Below, one piece after another: positions 18,975 through 29,583 of a stretch of DNA of 64,000 bases. The DNA lies in the sequence record NZ_CP103154.1, one strand, 5' to 3'. A model generated the notes under the pieces. It saw only the letters and a list, made by a program, of their open reading frames with translations, ran no database searches and had not been told where the DNA came from. Every line of letters starts with the position of its first letter. The first letter of the stretch is position 1. The stretch is from a plasmid. A program made the position numbers and the translations under genes.

Positions 18975-20111
18975 TTAAGGTTTAACGTTTACGTTGCTAT
19001 TTGCATCAACCCAGCCTGTTGTCTCTGCATCAAACTGGATCGGATTCAACACAGCCTCTCCCTGATCAGTATAACCACCACCGAAAATCAACGTGTAGAT
19101 ATGACGCTTGCCCGCTACCCATGTATCTCCGAACGGAACATAAATTGTTCCGTAACTATCTGCTGAACCCAACAGATAACCTCCGGACTGCTGGATTTTG
19201 CAGGTGATCGACAGGTAACATTGATGCGCACCGTCGGCTTTTATCTTGGTATTGGTGGCTTCTTCGGAAACTTTCCATGCTGTCAGCTTCTGTGGTATAT
19301 TCAGCATAGGAGTTTTTTCGGAAATATCGGTAGCTGTGGTATTACTATTGACCTCGATGAATTTGCCTTGCACTACGGTAATAAAACCTCCTCCTGTAGA
19401 GCTTTCAGGCCAATCACCCACAGCCCAACTTCCCGTTCCATCGGCTGTCGCAGGCAATGTGTAGACGCCGCCCATTTTTACATTAAAAATCTTGATGTCC
19501 TTTATATTCACCTGCATGTTATCGTATTCGGTCTTTGCTTTGAATACGACCTGTGACAGAATATGCTTGAAGTTAAATTTCACTACTCCGTTGTTCTTGT
19601 CTTTTGTCTGGCCTTTGGCTATGGCATACATCACGTCGTAGTTTTCATGAGCATTGATACCAGATCCATACTCATCGGAGCAGGAATAAGTTATCTTTTG
19701 AGTATCCTTGGTGGCTTCCCACATATAACTCCACTGCATGACTTCATCAACCGTTCCGGGATTGAATGCGTAAAAGTCCAAAGCCTCGGTAGGCCAATAA
19801 CGAAGGTCGCTCGCATTTTTATAATCCCACTTACCATTATTGTACACGATATTCACTCCGTCATGTCCAAAATCCGTGTCTACCTTTCCCATGAAGGCAG
19901 TACCATCCGCCGTAAAAGCGAACACGTCGAAATCGGTGTTCTTCAAGTTGGTGTTGGTAGTAGGGGTAGCCCTCGTTTCCGCCGCATTACTTAACACGTT
20001 AAAACCAATCGCATTCCGTGAGGAGGTTTCCACATTCGCAATCTCCTCGTCTGAGCAACCCATGAGTAGAGCTCCAAAGATTGCCCAAAGCATTACTGTA
20101 CTTTTTTTCAT
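18975..20111 (-). CDS. fimbrillin-family lipoprotein (type V pilus, FimA/Mfa1-like); start taken at MKKSTVMLW
   Basis: Signal peptide plus LLMGCSD lipobox; size and composition typical of Bacteroides fimbrillin. Confidence 0.65.
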   Translation of the reverse strand: MKKSTVMLWAIFGALLMGCSDEEIANVETSSRNAIGFNVLSNAAETRATPTTNTNLKNTDFDVFAFTADGTAFMGKVDTDFGHDGVNIVYNNGKWDYKNASDLRYWPTEALDFYAFNPGTVDEVMQWSYMWEATKDTQKITYSCSDEYGSGINAHENYDVMYAIAKGQTKDKNNGVVKFNFKHILSQVVFKAKTEYDNMQVNIKDIKIFNVKMGGVYTLPATADGTGSWAVGDWPESSTGGGFITVVQGKFIEVNSNTTATDISEKTPMLNIPQKLTAWKVSEEATNTKIKADGAHQCYLSITCKIQQSGGYLLGSADSYGTIYVPFGDTWVAGKRHIYTLIFGGGYTDQGEAVLNPIQFDAETTGWVDANSNVNVKP

Positions 20112-20156
20112 AAATAAAAATAAATCAAATTGATACATATAATTAATAAACTCATA

Positions 20157-21077
20157 TTACAACACTATATCCATATTCACATCATCCCAATCATCAACGT
20201 CCACATCAAATCCCGCACCGTCACTTCCCGGCTCGGATGGAACCTCATAATCAAAATTCAACACCAGATGCACATCACCGACATGCCCCACTACCGGGAC
20301 ATCATGCACTTGGCCGCTCACGTCCTGTTCCAATACAGACATGCTGCCTGAACGGTTCTTGAGATACAACCGGAAAACATTGGGCTCTCCTTCAAGTGCG
20401 GAATGTCCAAACGTATAGAATCCGCCTATAATCTGATTCCGTGAAACCATTCCATCAAAGAGCAGGCTCTCCGAAAGACCGGCGGGCAAACTGTCGGCGG
20501 ACATGTTAAGCGAGCCGGACATGCCGGAAAGAGCGGCCCGCAAATCCGCCACCCTATCCAGTCCCCGAAGACCGTTCACCTCATACGTGTAGTGACATAC
20601 CATGTTTACGGGAGTCAGCCGTACTATCTCCGCGCTTCCTCCCGGAATGTCCTTGAGGATAACTTCGTCTATATGGTCGCCACACAGCCAAGGTGGGGTG
20701 ACAGCCATTGTCCGGTTATCCGGCGACTGCACATCACGCGTATCGGCAGTAAAAAGCGTGTAACTGCCGTTTTCTTTCCAAACCATCCCGTCGGTATCGT
20801 AGTTGAAGCAAATTACCCGGTAATCATTCTCGGGAAGCTCCACTTCCCCATCCTCTCCTCCGGGGAAATCAAATATCCACGTGTTGCTTTCATCGTCGGT
20901 CGGATAAAATACGACCCTCATGCCTTCAGGCTTGTCATGATTGGAAATCTTGGTCCAGTCGAATATTACCCGCACCGTGGCAAAGTGCGGATGATCGTAA
21001 CATAAATCCTTATGCTCACAAGCCGTCAGTCCTATCCATAAAAATATGAACACCAGACTAAAGCGTATCCGTATCAC
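20157..21077 (-). CDS. fimbrial-operon lipoprotein (DUF5119-like, Mfa2/anchor-type)
   Basis: Lipobox LTAC, LCYDHPH motif near N-terminus, acidic C-terminus. Confidence 0.5.
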   Translation of the reverse strand: MIRIRFSLVFIFLWIGLTACEHKDLCYDHPHFATVRVIFDWTKISNHDKPEGMRVVFYPTDDESNTWIFDFPGGEDGEVELPENDYRVICFNYDTDGMVWKENGSYTLFTADTRDVQSPDNRTMAVTPPWLCGDHIDEVILKDIPGGSAEIVRLTPVNMVCHYTYEVNGLRGLDRVADLRAALSGMSGSLNMSADSLPAGLSESLLFDGMVSRNQIIGGFYTFGHSALEGEPNVFRLYLKNRSGSMSVLEQDVSGQVHDVPVVGHVGDVHLVLNFDYEVPSEPGSDGAGFDVDVDDWDDVNMDIVL

Positions 21078-21739
21078 TGCCTGCCTCCTTTCTTCCGGCT
21101 ATAATTCCCCCGCCCGATCAACCACACCAAAGAGATACCCGCCTTGGTCGGGCCGAACCAGCGGCGGTTTTTAGTGGTCTGCCATACATAGTGACCGTCC
21201 AAAGGGATGTACTCCTTGTACGATCCTCCAAGGTAGCCGATTCCCAACGTGAAATCCACATTGAACCGATGTCCCACAGGTAACGAGTAGCCGTAAGCCA
21301 CGCCTCCCCCGTAACTCCATTTATCCCCCAAGTAACCTTTCCCACCCAATTCGAAATCATAGGTGACGATCTGCCCGTACAATCCGACATGATGCCCGGA
21401 AAACGGTTTTTCCACCGCTCTCCGACCGAACCAGCGGCGCAACTCCACATCTCCCCCATAGATACGCCAATAATTATGCTTCCGATCACTTTTCCACCAG
21501 GCATACATCCAATTCCCGGCCACAGACCAGTTCTTCCCCAAACAGAACTCAACCCCGATGTCAGGTATCAAAACAGCGTCATAAAGCAAGTTTGTTTTCA
21601 CCGCCATGCAAAACGGCCGTTTCTTTACCGGAGCTATGACGGTAACGGTATCACGGATGCACAACGTATCACGTGTATGTATATATACCGTATCTCTGAC
21701 GGGATTTATCGGATCACTATCATAGCATATTTTCACCAT
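21074..21739 (-). CDS. DUF3575-like outer-membrane beta-barrel protein (start taken at MVKICYD; upstream part of the ORF is out-of-frame junk)
   Basis: Aromatic-rich alternating beta-strand pattern, terminal ...GISLVWLIG. Confidence 0.5.
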   Translation of the reverse strand: MVKICYDSDPINPVRDTVYIHTRDTLCIRDTVTVIAPVKKRPFCMAVKTNLLYDAVLIPDIGVEFCLGKNWSVAGNWMYAWWKSDRKHNYWRIYGGDVELRRWFGRRAVEKPFSGHHVGLYGQIVTYDFELGGKGYLGDKWSYGGGVAYGYSLPVGHRFNVDFTLGIGYLGGSYKEYIPLDGHYVWQTTKNRRWFGPTKAGISLVWLIGRGNYSRKKGGRQ

Positions 21740-21807
21740 CGACGAACGAAGTTTCGGAAAATGGAATTTATACAAATATGAGTATGGCCTCCCCCCTTTC
21801 AGTCTTT

Positions 21808-22305
21808 TCAGTTCTCCCCCAAATAAGGGCTGTCCTGGTTTTCCAAACGGACGATCTTCTCCAACAAACGAAGGACATCCTCCCTCTCCGGAACATTCAC
21901 ATCCGCTCTCACCATCGTTATAAGTCCGTTCCAGTCGCTTCCCGAAAAATGAAAATCCTTCTCCAATACCGGAATCTTTATATAAGGTGATATATACCGC
22001 CACAAAACCTCTGCTCGTTTTTCAGACAGCCTTCCATTCAACAGCCCCCCTCCTTCCGGGGAAGCTCCTCCTATTATTTGAATTTTCCTGATAAGACGGA
22101 CGGAGTCGTTCAATGCGGAACAGATTTTAGCAAACCGCTCCATCTCGTTCCCATTGTCAAGTAAACATGTATCTATATTTACCTTTCCTTGATGAAAATA
22201 GATCCTTACCGAATCACGCTTCTCCTGAGCGGATATTTCTCCGCTTATACTCAACACGAGCACGAACAATACACATTTAATATAAAAAAAACATCTTTTC
22301 GTCAT
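21808..22305 (-). CDS. OmpA-like secreted protein, first gene of fimbrial operon
   Basis: Signal peptide; GGASPEGGGLLNGRLSEKRAEV resembles OmpA-C peptidoglycan-binding motif. Confidence 0.5.
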   Translation of the reverse strand: MTKRCFFYIKCVLFVLVLSISGEISAQEKRDSVRIYFHQGKVNIDTCLLDNGNEMERFAKICSALNDSVRLIRKIQIIGGASPEGGGLLNGRLSEKRAEVLWRYISPYIKIPVLEKDFHFSGSDWNGLITMVRADVNVPEREDVLRLLEKIVRLENQDSPYLGEN

Positions 22306-22539
22306 TTAATCATTTGTTAATATGACAATCCAAACCCAGGCTTTTACACCCCCCTGAATTTCAACCGCTAAAGATATGCACTTATAAACCAACCTCCAAA
22401 GCAAAAAACAAGTATTTTAAACTTATAAATACTTAAAAAGACAACCACACAACAGCTACAACACTTACCACAGCAGCCAATCACGCTTACACAACAATTA
22501 AAAACACTTAACATCATAAAGAAAAGTACTTAAACATAC

Positions 22540-22558
22540 AAAAAAAAAAAAAAAAAAA
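22540..22558. repeat. A19 homopolymer in the divergent promoter region between fimbrial operon and LuxR-type gene
   Basis: Directly followed by TATTTTTG (matches Bacteroides -7 TAnnTTTG) at 22563-22570. Confidence 0.85.
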
Positions 22559-22567
22559 CAGTTATTT

Positions 22568-23675
22568 TTGCAGGAAACATTATACTTAATAACACTTAAA
22601 ACAATAAAACACATGAAAATCAGCACAAAAGCCGCCTCTTTTCTAAGTTCAATAAAAACTCAAACTTACGACAAAAAAGAAAGAGAAATGATAATAACGT
22701 ATCAACAAAAACGAGTCTTTCATCTATCCCTGCTCATGCTGGTCTTATGCGCACCCATATACATATATTCAGTTCCATTTCCCAATGAACAGTTTTATTA
22801 TATTAACAGCGTATTATTCCTGTTTATCATTATGTGCACTCTCGCTTATTTTAAAAAGAGAGTAAATCTGACCACGACCTTTTCCATTATACTGATAGCC
22901 ATACATATCGAGATTTTTATCGAAATAATTTATTGCTCAATATGTAGCGGATATGAATATAGTTATCAAAGAGCATTGATAATGAGTAACATTACTATCT
23001 CTCTCTTATTTACCATGCTTTCCATCTGTGCCTATATGAGTAATATCTCCATCCTATTGTCCTCCCTTACCATAGCTTCCTATACAATCTGCACACTTAT
23101 CACCGACGAACCGTTCCTATACAGTTATCTGCCTTTGATCATCATCATATACACCATGATCCCCTTATTAGGAAGATCCTTACACAGTAATATCAGCAGC
23201 TTGCTAAAAAGTAGCAACTTGCTAAAAGAGGAAGAGGAAATGCTTTTGAAACGTCTCCAAATGAAAAAGGAAGAACTATTCGCGTTCGCCGAGTTGTTAA
23301 GCGAGAATAACCCGGAAGAAAAGACAAGCTCCCTGTTAAACATAATAGGGGGAACAATCCAAAGAAAATCTTTTTACAGCCCTTGCCGCATACCAGAAAA
23401 AGGAAAAAAGTAAACTTGATACAATCAGGAGAATATATCCCAATTTATCCCCGTCCGAATTAAACATCTGCCGTTTAATACTGCAAGACAAGACCGTCAG
23501 CCAAATATGCGAATTATTACATCGGAGTAGCGGAAACATAACCAGCCAACGAGCGAACATACGTGCCAAACTCGGACTAAAAAAAAGCGACAATTTAAAA
23601 GAAGCATTACAAGAACGCATGAGGCTGTATGAAGAAGAAGAACACCGGCAAGAAGAGTTTTCAGCCATGCGTTAG
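22568..23675 (+). pseudogene. LuxR-type regulator (multi-TM sensor domain + C-terminal GerE/LuxR HTH) split by +1 frameshift at ~23400 (likely true start ATG 22613)
   Basis: HTH LSPSELNICRLILQDKTVSQICELLHRSSGNITSQRANIRAKLGL lies in another frame 23412-23675, open upstream into the TM ORF. Confidence 0.6.
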
Positions 23676-23748
23676 GGATTGCAGAGTAAAGCCCACAGCC
23701 TTTAGGCGAGGACTTGAAACGTAAAGCCCGACCGTCCCACAGGAACGC

Positions 23749-23787
23749 CCAAAAGAAAAAGAATCCCCCGAACATTCATCCGGGGGA
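23749..23787 (-). terminator. rho-independent terminator for the AAA ATPase gene (minus strand)
   Basis: cccccg...cggggg hairpin followed on the minus strand by ttctttttctttt. Confidence 0.55.
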
Positions 23788-23867
23788 CATCCAAGCCGTC
23801 ACATCAATTATAATACAGATTCAGATCATCCGTGCCAATCTCCTTTCCGTCCCGGAAAACAAGGCGT

Positions 23868-23975
23868 AAATCAATCCTCTCTCTGTTTTCATTGCCACAA
23901 AGATAGACATACCGGCCAACATACGCATCATACTTATCAATCAGTTCTAACGGTATGACCGGCATGGGAAAAGGA
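23868..23975. repeat. 105-bp direct repeat, right copy (see 7335-7440)
   Basis: Own alignment. Confidence 0.8.
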
Positions 23976-23980
23976 TACAC

Positions 23981-25261
23981 CTATATTGCATATAGCGGAA
24001 AATTTGTAAGATTACCCTGTACTTTATAAGGCAACATAGAAAATCTCTCCGCATGCAATTCCGGTCTTTTTCCCAGTAATGCTGTCAACGAATTGGCCCG
24101 GACATTCCCTTCGGCCTTCACTTCTATCGGCACCATTTGGGCATTACGTTGAATAACAAAATCCAACTCAAGACGCGAATTGTCTGTGTTATGGTAATAA
24201 ATCGGTGACACGCCCTTACTTTTCATCTGCTGCAATACATACTGTTCAGTCATTCCTCCCTTGTATTCCTTAAATATGTCGTTTTTAATCAAGACTTGGG
24301 CCGGATCTGTCTTGACCATAGCACCCATAAGCCCCAAATCAACCATATAGAGTTTGAAAGCCGACAGGTCTTCATAAATATCAAGCGGAAGCTCCGGTTT
24401 GGTACATCGAGGCACTTTATACAACAACCCGGCATTTACAAGCCATTGAATGGCCATCTCAAAATCATTGGCTCTGGCACCTTTTCGCAAAGCTCCGTAA
24501 ATGAATTTCTTGTTTTCTTTAAATAATTGGGAAGGAATGCTGTTCCATACCATTCGGACACGCGGAACCTGTTCTTTGGGCGCATGTTTTGAGAAGTCAA
24601 GATCATAGCCTTGCAAAATCTCCGACTGTATTCTTCTGACTTCCAGCAAGGAATCCGTTTCTACATATTTGAGTACAACTTCCGGCATACCACCTACATA
24701 ATAATATTGCCGAAGGAGATCCGTATATTTGTCATGCAGGAGGCTTATCGTTTCAAAATCCCCACTCATAAGCAATTTACAAGCTTCTTCTTCTCCCTTG
24801 GCGACAAGAAACTCTTCAAAGTTCATAGGAAATATATTGATGACATTTACCTTCCCTACGGGATAAGACACATCCTGATGAAGGGATATCCCCAAAAGTG
24901 AACCTGCCACAGCTATATGATACTCCGGAACCTCCTCTTTAAAATACTTCAAAGATTCCAGTGCTTCCGGGATATCTTGTATCTCATCAAGGATAATAAG
25001 CGTATCACCCGGAGTAATGTCAACGGAAGTCATCGCACGCAGCCCCCGTAAAATTCTGTCAACATTGAAATCCTGAGAAAAAAGCTGGCGTGCAAGGTTA
25101 TTCTTACGGCATACCACATAAGCCTCTTTTTTGTATTCAAGTTTGGCAAACTCATGGAGCAGCCATGTTTTCCCAACTTGTCGGGCACCATTTAAAATCA
25201 GAGGTTTTCTATCCTCACGGTTTTTCCATTCTATAAGTTGTTGCAAAACAAATCTTTTCAT
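23981..25261 (-). CDS. AAA-family ATPase (DUF4143-type ATP-binding protein)
   Basis: Walker A GARQVGKT, Walker B LIILDEIQ, 426 aa. Confidence 0.8.
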   Translation of the reverse strand: MKRFVLQQLIEWKNREDRKPLILNGARQVGKTWLLHEFAKLEYKKEAYVVCRKNNLARQLFSQDFNVDRILRGLRAMTSVDITPGDTLIILDEIQDIPEALESLKYFKEEVPEYHIAVAGSLLGISLHQDVSYPVGKVNVINIFPMNFEEFLVAKGEEEACKLLMSGDFETISLLHDKYTDLLRQYYYVGGMPEVVLKYVETDSLLEVRRIQSEILQGYDLDFSKHAPKEQVPRVRMVWNSIPSQLFKENKKFIYGALRKGARANDFEMAIQWLVNAGLLYKVPRCTKPELPLDIYEDLSAFKLYMVDLGLMGAMVKTDPAQVLIKNDIFKEYKGGMTEQYVLQQMKSKGVSPIYYHNTDNSRLELDFVIQRNAQMVPIEVKAEGNVRANSLTALLGKRPELHAERFSMLPYKVQGNLTNFPLYAI

Positions 25262-25388
25262 CTACAAACAGCATTTTTATACATGTAAAAACAGCGTATA
25301 ATACATTTATCCGCACTTATTTAAAGCACAAATATACTAAAATAAACAGATAATAGAAGCAATCTTATACATTTTTCCGCACTTTAAT

Positions 25389-25501
25389 CAACTCCAATGG
25401 AAAGCAGTAGCCAATTTAGGATTGCCTTCTCCACGCTCGATGGCCACCAGCGTATTGATGCCCACGCCCGCCAGTTCGGAGAAGTTCCAGCTGATTGACC
25501 T
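25389..25501 (-). pseudogene. remnant of an XRE-type HTH gene (no start codon)
   Basis: Minus-strand frame gives ISWNFSELAGVGINTLVAIERGEGNPKLATAF bounded by stops. Confidence 0.3.
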
Positions 25502-25712
25502 TCAAACTCTTCCTGCACTCTTTAATCATCTTTCCTAGCTCTTTCATATTCACAACACATTGTGATTTTAGTCAGTTTTCATCCTAGTTCAAAGAAAAAA
25601 ACAGCCGATAAAGCAACTATAATCATTGTATTCATATAGATTAACATCATATATTCAAGTTAATCTATATATTTACATGGATTATTTGTATATTTGCAAA
25701 AAAGGAACAACC

Positions 25713-26027
25713 ATGTGGAATGAAATGAGCAATCCAGCTGTGCTGATGAGAATCGGCCAGCGCATCAAAGAGACACGTATCAGGCAGCATATCACGCAGG
25801 AAGAACTGGCAACGGCTTCCGGTGTAAGCCCCTTGACCGTTGCGAACATCGAGAAGGGCAAATCGGTATCGCTGCTGTTGTTCATCAGCGTACTCCGCTC
25901 GCTCGGCCTGCTGGAGAACCTGGAGCAACTGGTACCGGAAATCCGGGTCAGCCCGATAGAGCTCAAAAAACTGCAAGGAAAGAAACGCTACCGTGTACGC
26001 CATTTAAAACAAGATAACCATGAATGA
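25713..26027 (+). CDS. hipB: HipB-like XRE-family HTH antitoxin (start at MWNEMSNP; -7-like TATATTTG at 25690-25697)
   Basis: ITQEELATASGVSPLTVANIEKGKS HTH; 8-bp overlap with hipA. Confidence 0.7.
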   Translation: MWNEMSNPAVLMRIGQRIKETRIRQHITQEELATASGVSPLTVANIEKGKSVSLLLFISVLRSLGLLENLEQLVPEIRVSPIELKKLQGKKRYRVRHLKQDNHE

Positions 26028-27609
26028 TTTGATAGTAGATGTAAAGCTATGGGGAGAAAGCGTAGGCTCTCTCTATTGGGAAAAGGAAAGCAATGCCGCC
26101 TTGTTCGACTATGAACGGAAGTTCATCCGCTCCGGTCTTGACATTTCTCCCATCATCATGCCCATCAGCCAGTACAGGAACACCCCCTACCGGTTCCTTG
26201 AAAACCGTACCGACTGTTTCAAGGGGTTGCCCGGCCTGTTTGCCGATTCACTGCCGGACACTTTCGGAAACCAGATCATCAATGAATGGTTTGCCAGCAA
26301 GGGATTGTCCGGAGAAGAGATTACCCCTTTAGACAGGCTTTGCTATGTAGGCAAACGTGGCATGGGCGCACTGGAGTTTGAGCCGTCCTCGCCAATCAAC
26401 GGCATGAACGAATCATCAGTGCTCCATATCGAGGAACTGACTGAGCTTGCCAAATCCGTATTCACGGACAGAATGGCTTTTCAGGTCCAACTGCGCCAGG
26501 AAGGAAGAAACATTCTGGATATACTGAAAGTGGGAACATCTGCCGGAGGTGCCAAGCCCAAGGCCATCATCGCCTACAACGATATTACCGGAGAGGTACG
26601 CTCCGGACAGGTAAAAGCTCCTGAAGGATTCGGGTATTGGCTGTTGAAATTTGATGGCGGCAAATACAGCGAACACACGCAGATAACGGACAATCCACAA
26701 GGAATAGGAAATATCGAATATGCCTATCACCGGATGGCAAAAGCCTGCGGTATCGATATGATGGAATGCCGGTTACTTCAGGAAAAAGAGTCATATCACT
26801 TTATGACACGACGTTTTGACCGTATGGAAGACGGAGAGAAGATCCATGTACAGACATTGGCCGGGCTTGCCCACTATGACCGTGACCAACGCCATTCATA
26901 CGAAGAGATATTCCGTATCATGCGGCAGATGAACCTCCCTTATCCAGAGCAGGAGGAACTATACCGAAGAATGGTGTTCAACGTCATGAGCCGGAACCAT
27001 GACGACCATAGCAAGAACTTATCTTTCCTGATGGATAGACAAGGGAAGTGGAAACTGGCCCCAGCATACGACCTCTGCTACTCATACACACCGGGCGGCA
27101 AATGGACGAACCGCCACCAGCTGTCACTCAACGGCAAACAAGACAATTTCACGATGGAAGATCTGCAAAAGGTAGGTGAGAACATGGGTATCCGGAAACA
27201 CAAACAGATTATCGAAGAGATACAGGAAACCGTATCGCATTGGCATGAGACTGCCAAGGATTGCGGGGTCAAGCCGGAACACGCCGATTTTATCGGAGAA
27301 AACCTGCTCTTGTTCGGCAAGCAACTGCATACGATCCATATGCCGGACATTGCCAACGAACAAGAGCAGGCTTTCATGAAGGCTATGCGAAATGATGACT
27401 TCAATACCATTCTGAAACTGAAGATGAGAGGATATCAGCCATCGGAGAACACACTGAAAAGCCTCCAGCCGGATGTATCCGCCACCACCTTCATCGCTGC
27501 CGCCAAAATCTTCCAAATGGAAGGGATGCTAAAAAGCCTTCAGGACATAAAACCCGCGCAAAGCCCGATTACAGGCGGCAATAAACGTAGCATGGAATTG
27601 GGGGATTAG
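26020..27609 (+). CDS. hipA: HipA-family Ser/Thr kinase toxin with ~110-aa C-terminal extension
   Basis: HipA N-terminal domain, catalytic loop VMSRNHDDHSKNLSF, 529 aa. Confidence 0.85.
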   Translation: MNDLIVDVKLWGESVGSLYWEKESNAALFDYERKFIRSGLDISPIIMPISQYRNTPYRFLENRTDCFKGLPGLFADSLPDTFGNQIINEWFASKGLSGEEITPLDRLCYVGKRGMGALEFEPSSPINGMNESSVLHIEELTELAKSVFTDRMAFQVQLRQEGRNILDILKVGTSAGGAKPKAIIAYNDITGEVRSGQVKAPEGFGYWLLKFDGGKYSEHTQITDNPQGIGNIEYAYHRMAKACGIDMMECRLLQEKESYHFMTRRFDRMEDGEKIHVQTLAGLAHYDRDQRHSYEEIFRIMRQMNLPYPEQEELYRRMVFNVMSRNHDDHSKNLSFLMDRQGKWKLAPAYDLCYSYTPGGKWTNRHQLSLNGKQDNFTMEDLQKVGENMGIRKHKQIIEEIQETVSHWHETAKDCGVKPEHADFIGENLLLFGKQLHTIHMPDIANEQEQAFMKAMRNDDFNTILKLKMRGYQPSENTLKSLQPDVSATTFIAAAKIFQMEGMLKSLQDIKPAQSPITGGNKRSMELGD

Positions 27610-27708
27610 CACACAAACTACATCGCGCACAATTCAATATAACAGTAAATATATTAATTGTTATATATCATATTTTGATTTAACAATTAATATATTTACC
27701 TTTGTAAA

Positions 27709-28029
27709 ATGACAACGAATCACATCACCCAAGCCATGGCCAATCCGGAAATCATAGTGGAACTGGGCAGACGATTTAAGGAATACAGGCTAACCTATAG
27801 GCTCACCCAAAAAGAGGCTGCCGAGAAAGCCGGTGTCAGCCTTATCACCTTACGCCAGTTTGAGAACGGGAAGGCCTATAACATCAATATGGGCAACTTT
27901 CTTGCCCTGTTACGAGTAGTGGACTGTCTGGAACAGATGGATGATCTGATGCCGGAAATACCTGTTTCAGCCTATACAATGGAACGAATAATGAATAAAA
28001 AGCCGAAAAGGATAAGACATGGAAAATAA
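27709..28029 (+). CDS. hipB: HipB-like XRE-family HTH antitoxin, second copy
   Basis: LTQKEAAEKAGVSLITLRQFENGK HTH; overlaps hipA-2. Confidence 0.7.
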   Translation: MTTNHITQAMANPEIIVELGRRFKEYRLTYRLTQKEAAEKAGVSLITLRQFENGKAYNINMGNFLALLRVVDCLEQMDDLMPEIPVSAYTMERIMNKKPKRIRHGK

Positions 28030-29545
28030 TGTTGTGAGTGTTATGTTATGGGGAGAAGAAGTCGGAAAGCTCTATTGGGACGAAAGAAACAAAAGAGCCG
28101 TCTTCAACTATCATCCGGATTTCATCAAGAAAGGAGTGGAAATCGCCCCACTGACCGCTTCTGTCAAAGGACCGGCGGCAAAGGGTATGCCCATACTCGG
28201 AAACAAAGAAAAGACTTATCAAGGTCTCCCACCGTTTTTGGCAGATTCATTGCCTGATCGGTGGGGTAACATGGTCTTCGACCAATGGGCGGCACAAAAC
28301 CATATCCCCAAGCGCAAACTCACACCGGTAGATAAACTGTCTTTCATCGGGAAACGGGGAATGGGAGCCTTTGAGTTCATCCCGGCCACTCCTGGATTGG
28401 AATCCTCTTCCACTCTCCAGATAGAGAGTTTATACCAACTGGCACGCCGTATCTTTGAGGAACGGGAGGAAATATCCGTGCAAGATGACGAAGCACTGCA
28501 ACTGCAAAGTATCTATGAGATAGGTACATCAGCCGGAGGGCAGCACCCGAAAGCCATCATCGCCATCAATGAAACGACACATGATATACGTTCCGGCCAA
28601 GTCCCTTTACCGGAGGGCTATACCTACTACATATTGAAGTTTGCAGAAGGGGACGATTTTCCGTTCACGCAAATGGAAATGGTATATTATGAGATGGCAA
28701 AGGAAGCCGGGATTACGATGATGCCTTCCCGACTCATTCAAATTGAGGGAAAACATCACTTCCTGACGGAGCGTTACGATAGGATAAACGGAGAGAAGAT
28801 ACATACACAGACACTTGCTGCCATGAATCCGGATGCAACGAGCTATGAGGATTTGTTTGAAGTCTGCCGAAAACTGAACATCCCGGCAAGCGAACAGTCC
28901 GAACTCTACCGTAGGACGGTATTCAATATCATGGGCGGCAATGTGGATGACCACATCAAGAATTTCTCTTTCCTGATGGAAAGAAACGGCACATGGCACA
29001 TCACCCCAGCCTACGACATGACATTCACCACCAATTTGGACGGTGCGGCATACGAAAACGCACACTCCATGAGCATTGCAGGAAAAGATAACGACATCAC
29101 GGAAGATGACCTGATGCAATTTGCCAAACAGAACGGAATAAAGAATGCGAAAAGGATAATCGAAGAAGTCAGCCTTGCCATCAGCCATTTTTACGATTAT
29201 GCCACCAATCATCAAATCGATGACTATTGGAAAGACCGCATCGAAGAGCATCTTTCCGGTTTGGTATCTCCGATCATAGGGAAAACCATGAAACACTACC
29301 TGCCCACCATTGTCGAACCCTACGAGACAGAGGATGGCTTTTTGGTATCAGAAATCAACATCATCGAAAACACCCGGCATGATTTCCGTATCGAGGCCTT
29401 CATAAACGGAAAGCGACAGAAATACATTGCCGGGCGTAAAAGCGATTTGGCTGCTGAAGTCATTGCCAAAGGCAGAAACAAGATGCCCGTTGAGAACAAG
29501 AAAGAACTTGTGGAACGGTTGTTACTGCCTTTAGCTAGAAGATAA
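28019..29545 (+). CDS. hipA: HipA-family Ser/Thr kinase toxin, second copy, different C-terminal extension
   Basis: IMGGNVDDHIKNFSF catalytic loop, 508 aa. Confidence 0.85.
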   Translation: MENNVVSVMLWGEEVGKLYWDERNKRAVFNYHPDFIKKGVEIAPLTASVKGPAAKGMPILGNKEKTYQGLPPFLADSLPDRWGNMVFDQWAAQNHIPKRKLTPVDKLSFIGKRGMGAFEFIPATPGLESSSTLQIESLYQLARRIFEEREEISVQDDEALQLQSIYEIGTSAGGQHPKAIIAINETTHDIRSGQVPLPEGYTYYILKFAEGDDFPFTQMEMVYYEMAKEAGITMMPSRLIQIEGKHHFLTERYDRINGEKIHTQTLAAMNPDATSYEDLFEVCRKLNIPASEQSELYRRTVFNIMGGNVDDHIKNFSFLMERNGTWHITPAYDMTFTTNLDGAAYENAHSMSIAGKDNDITEDDLMQFAKQNGIKNAKRIIEEVSLAISHFYDYATNHQIDDYWKDRIEEHLSGLVSPIIGKTMKHYLPTIVEPYETEDGFLVSEINIIENTRHDFRIEAFINGKRQKYIAGRKSDLAAEVIAKGRNKMPVENKKELVERLLLPLARR

Positions 29546-29583
29546 AAACAGACGAATAGCGACACTATTACATTAATAAAAAG

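Noticed and set aside
19001-20133. Several + strand ORFs (68-143 aa) inside the fimbrillin gene
   Set aside because: Antisense shadow ORFs of a well-supported lipoprotein gene.
21074-22003. 309-aa ORF read as one fimbrial protein
   Set aside because: The first ~88 codons are G-rich out-of-frame junk overlapping the upstream OmpA-like gene; true start taken at internal Met (21739).
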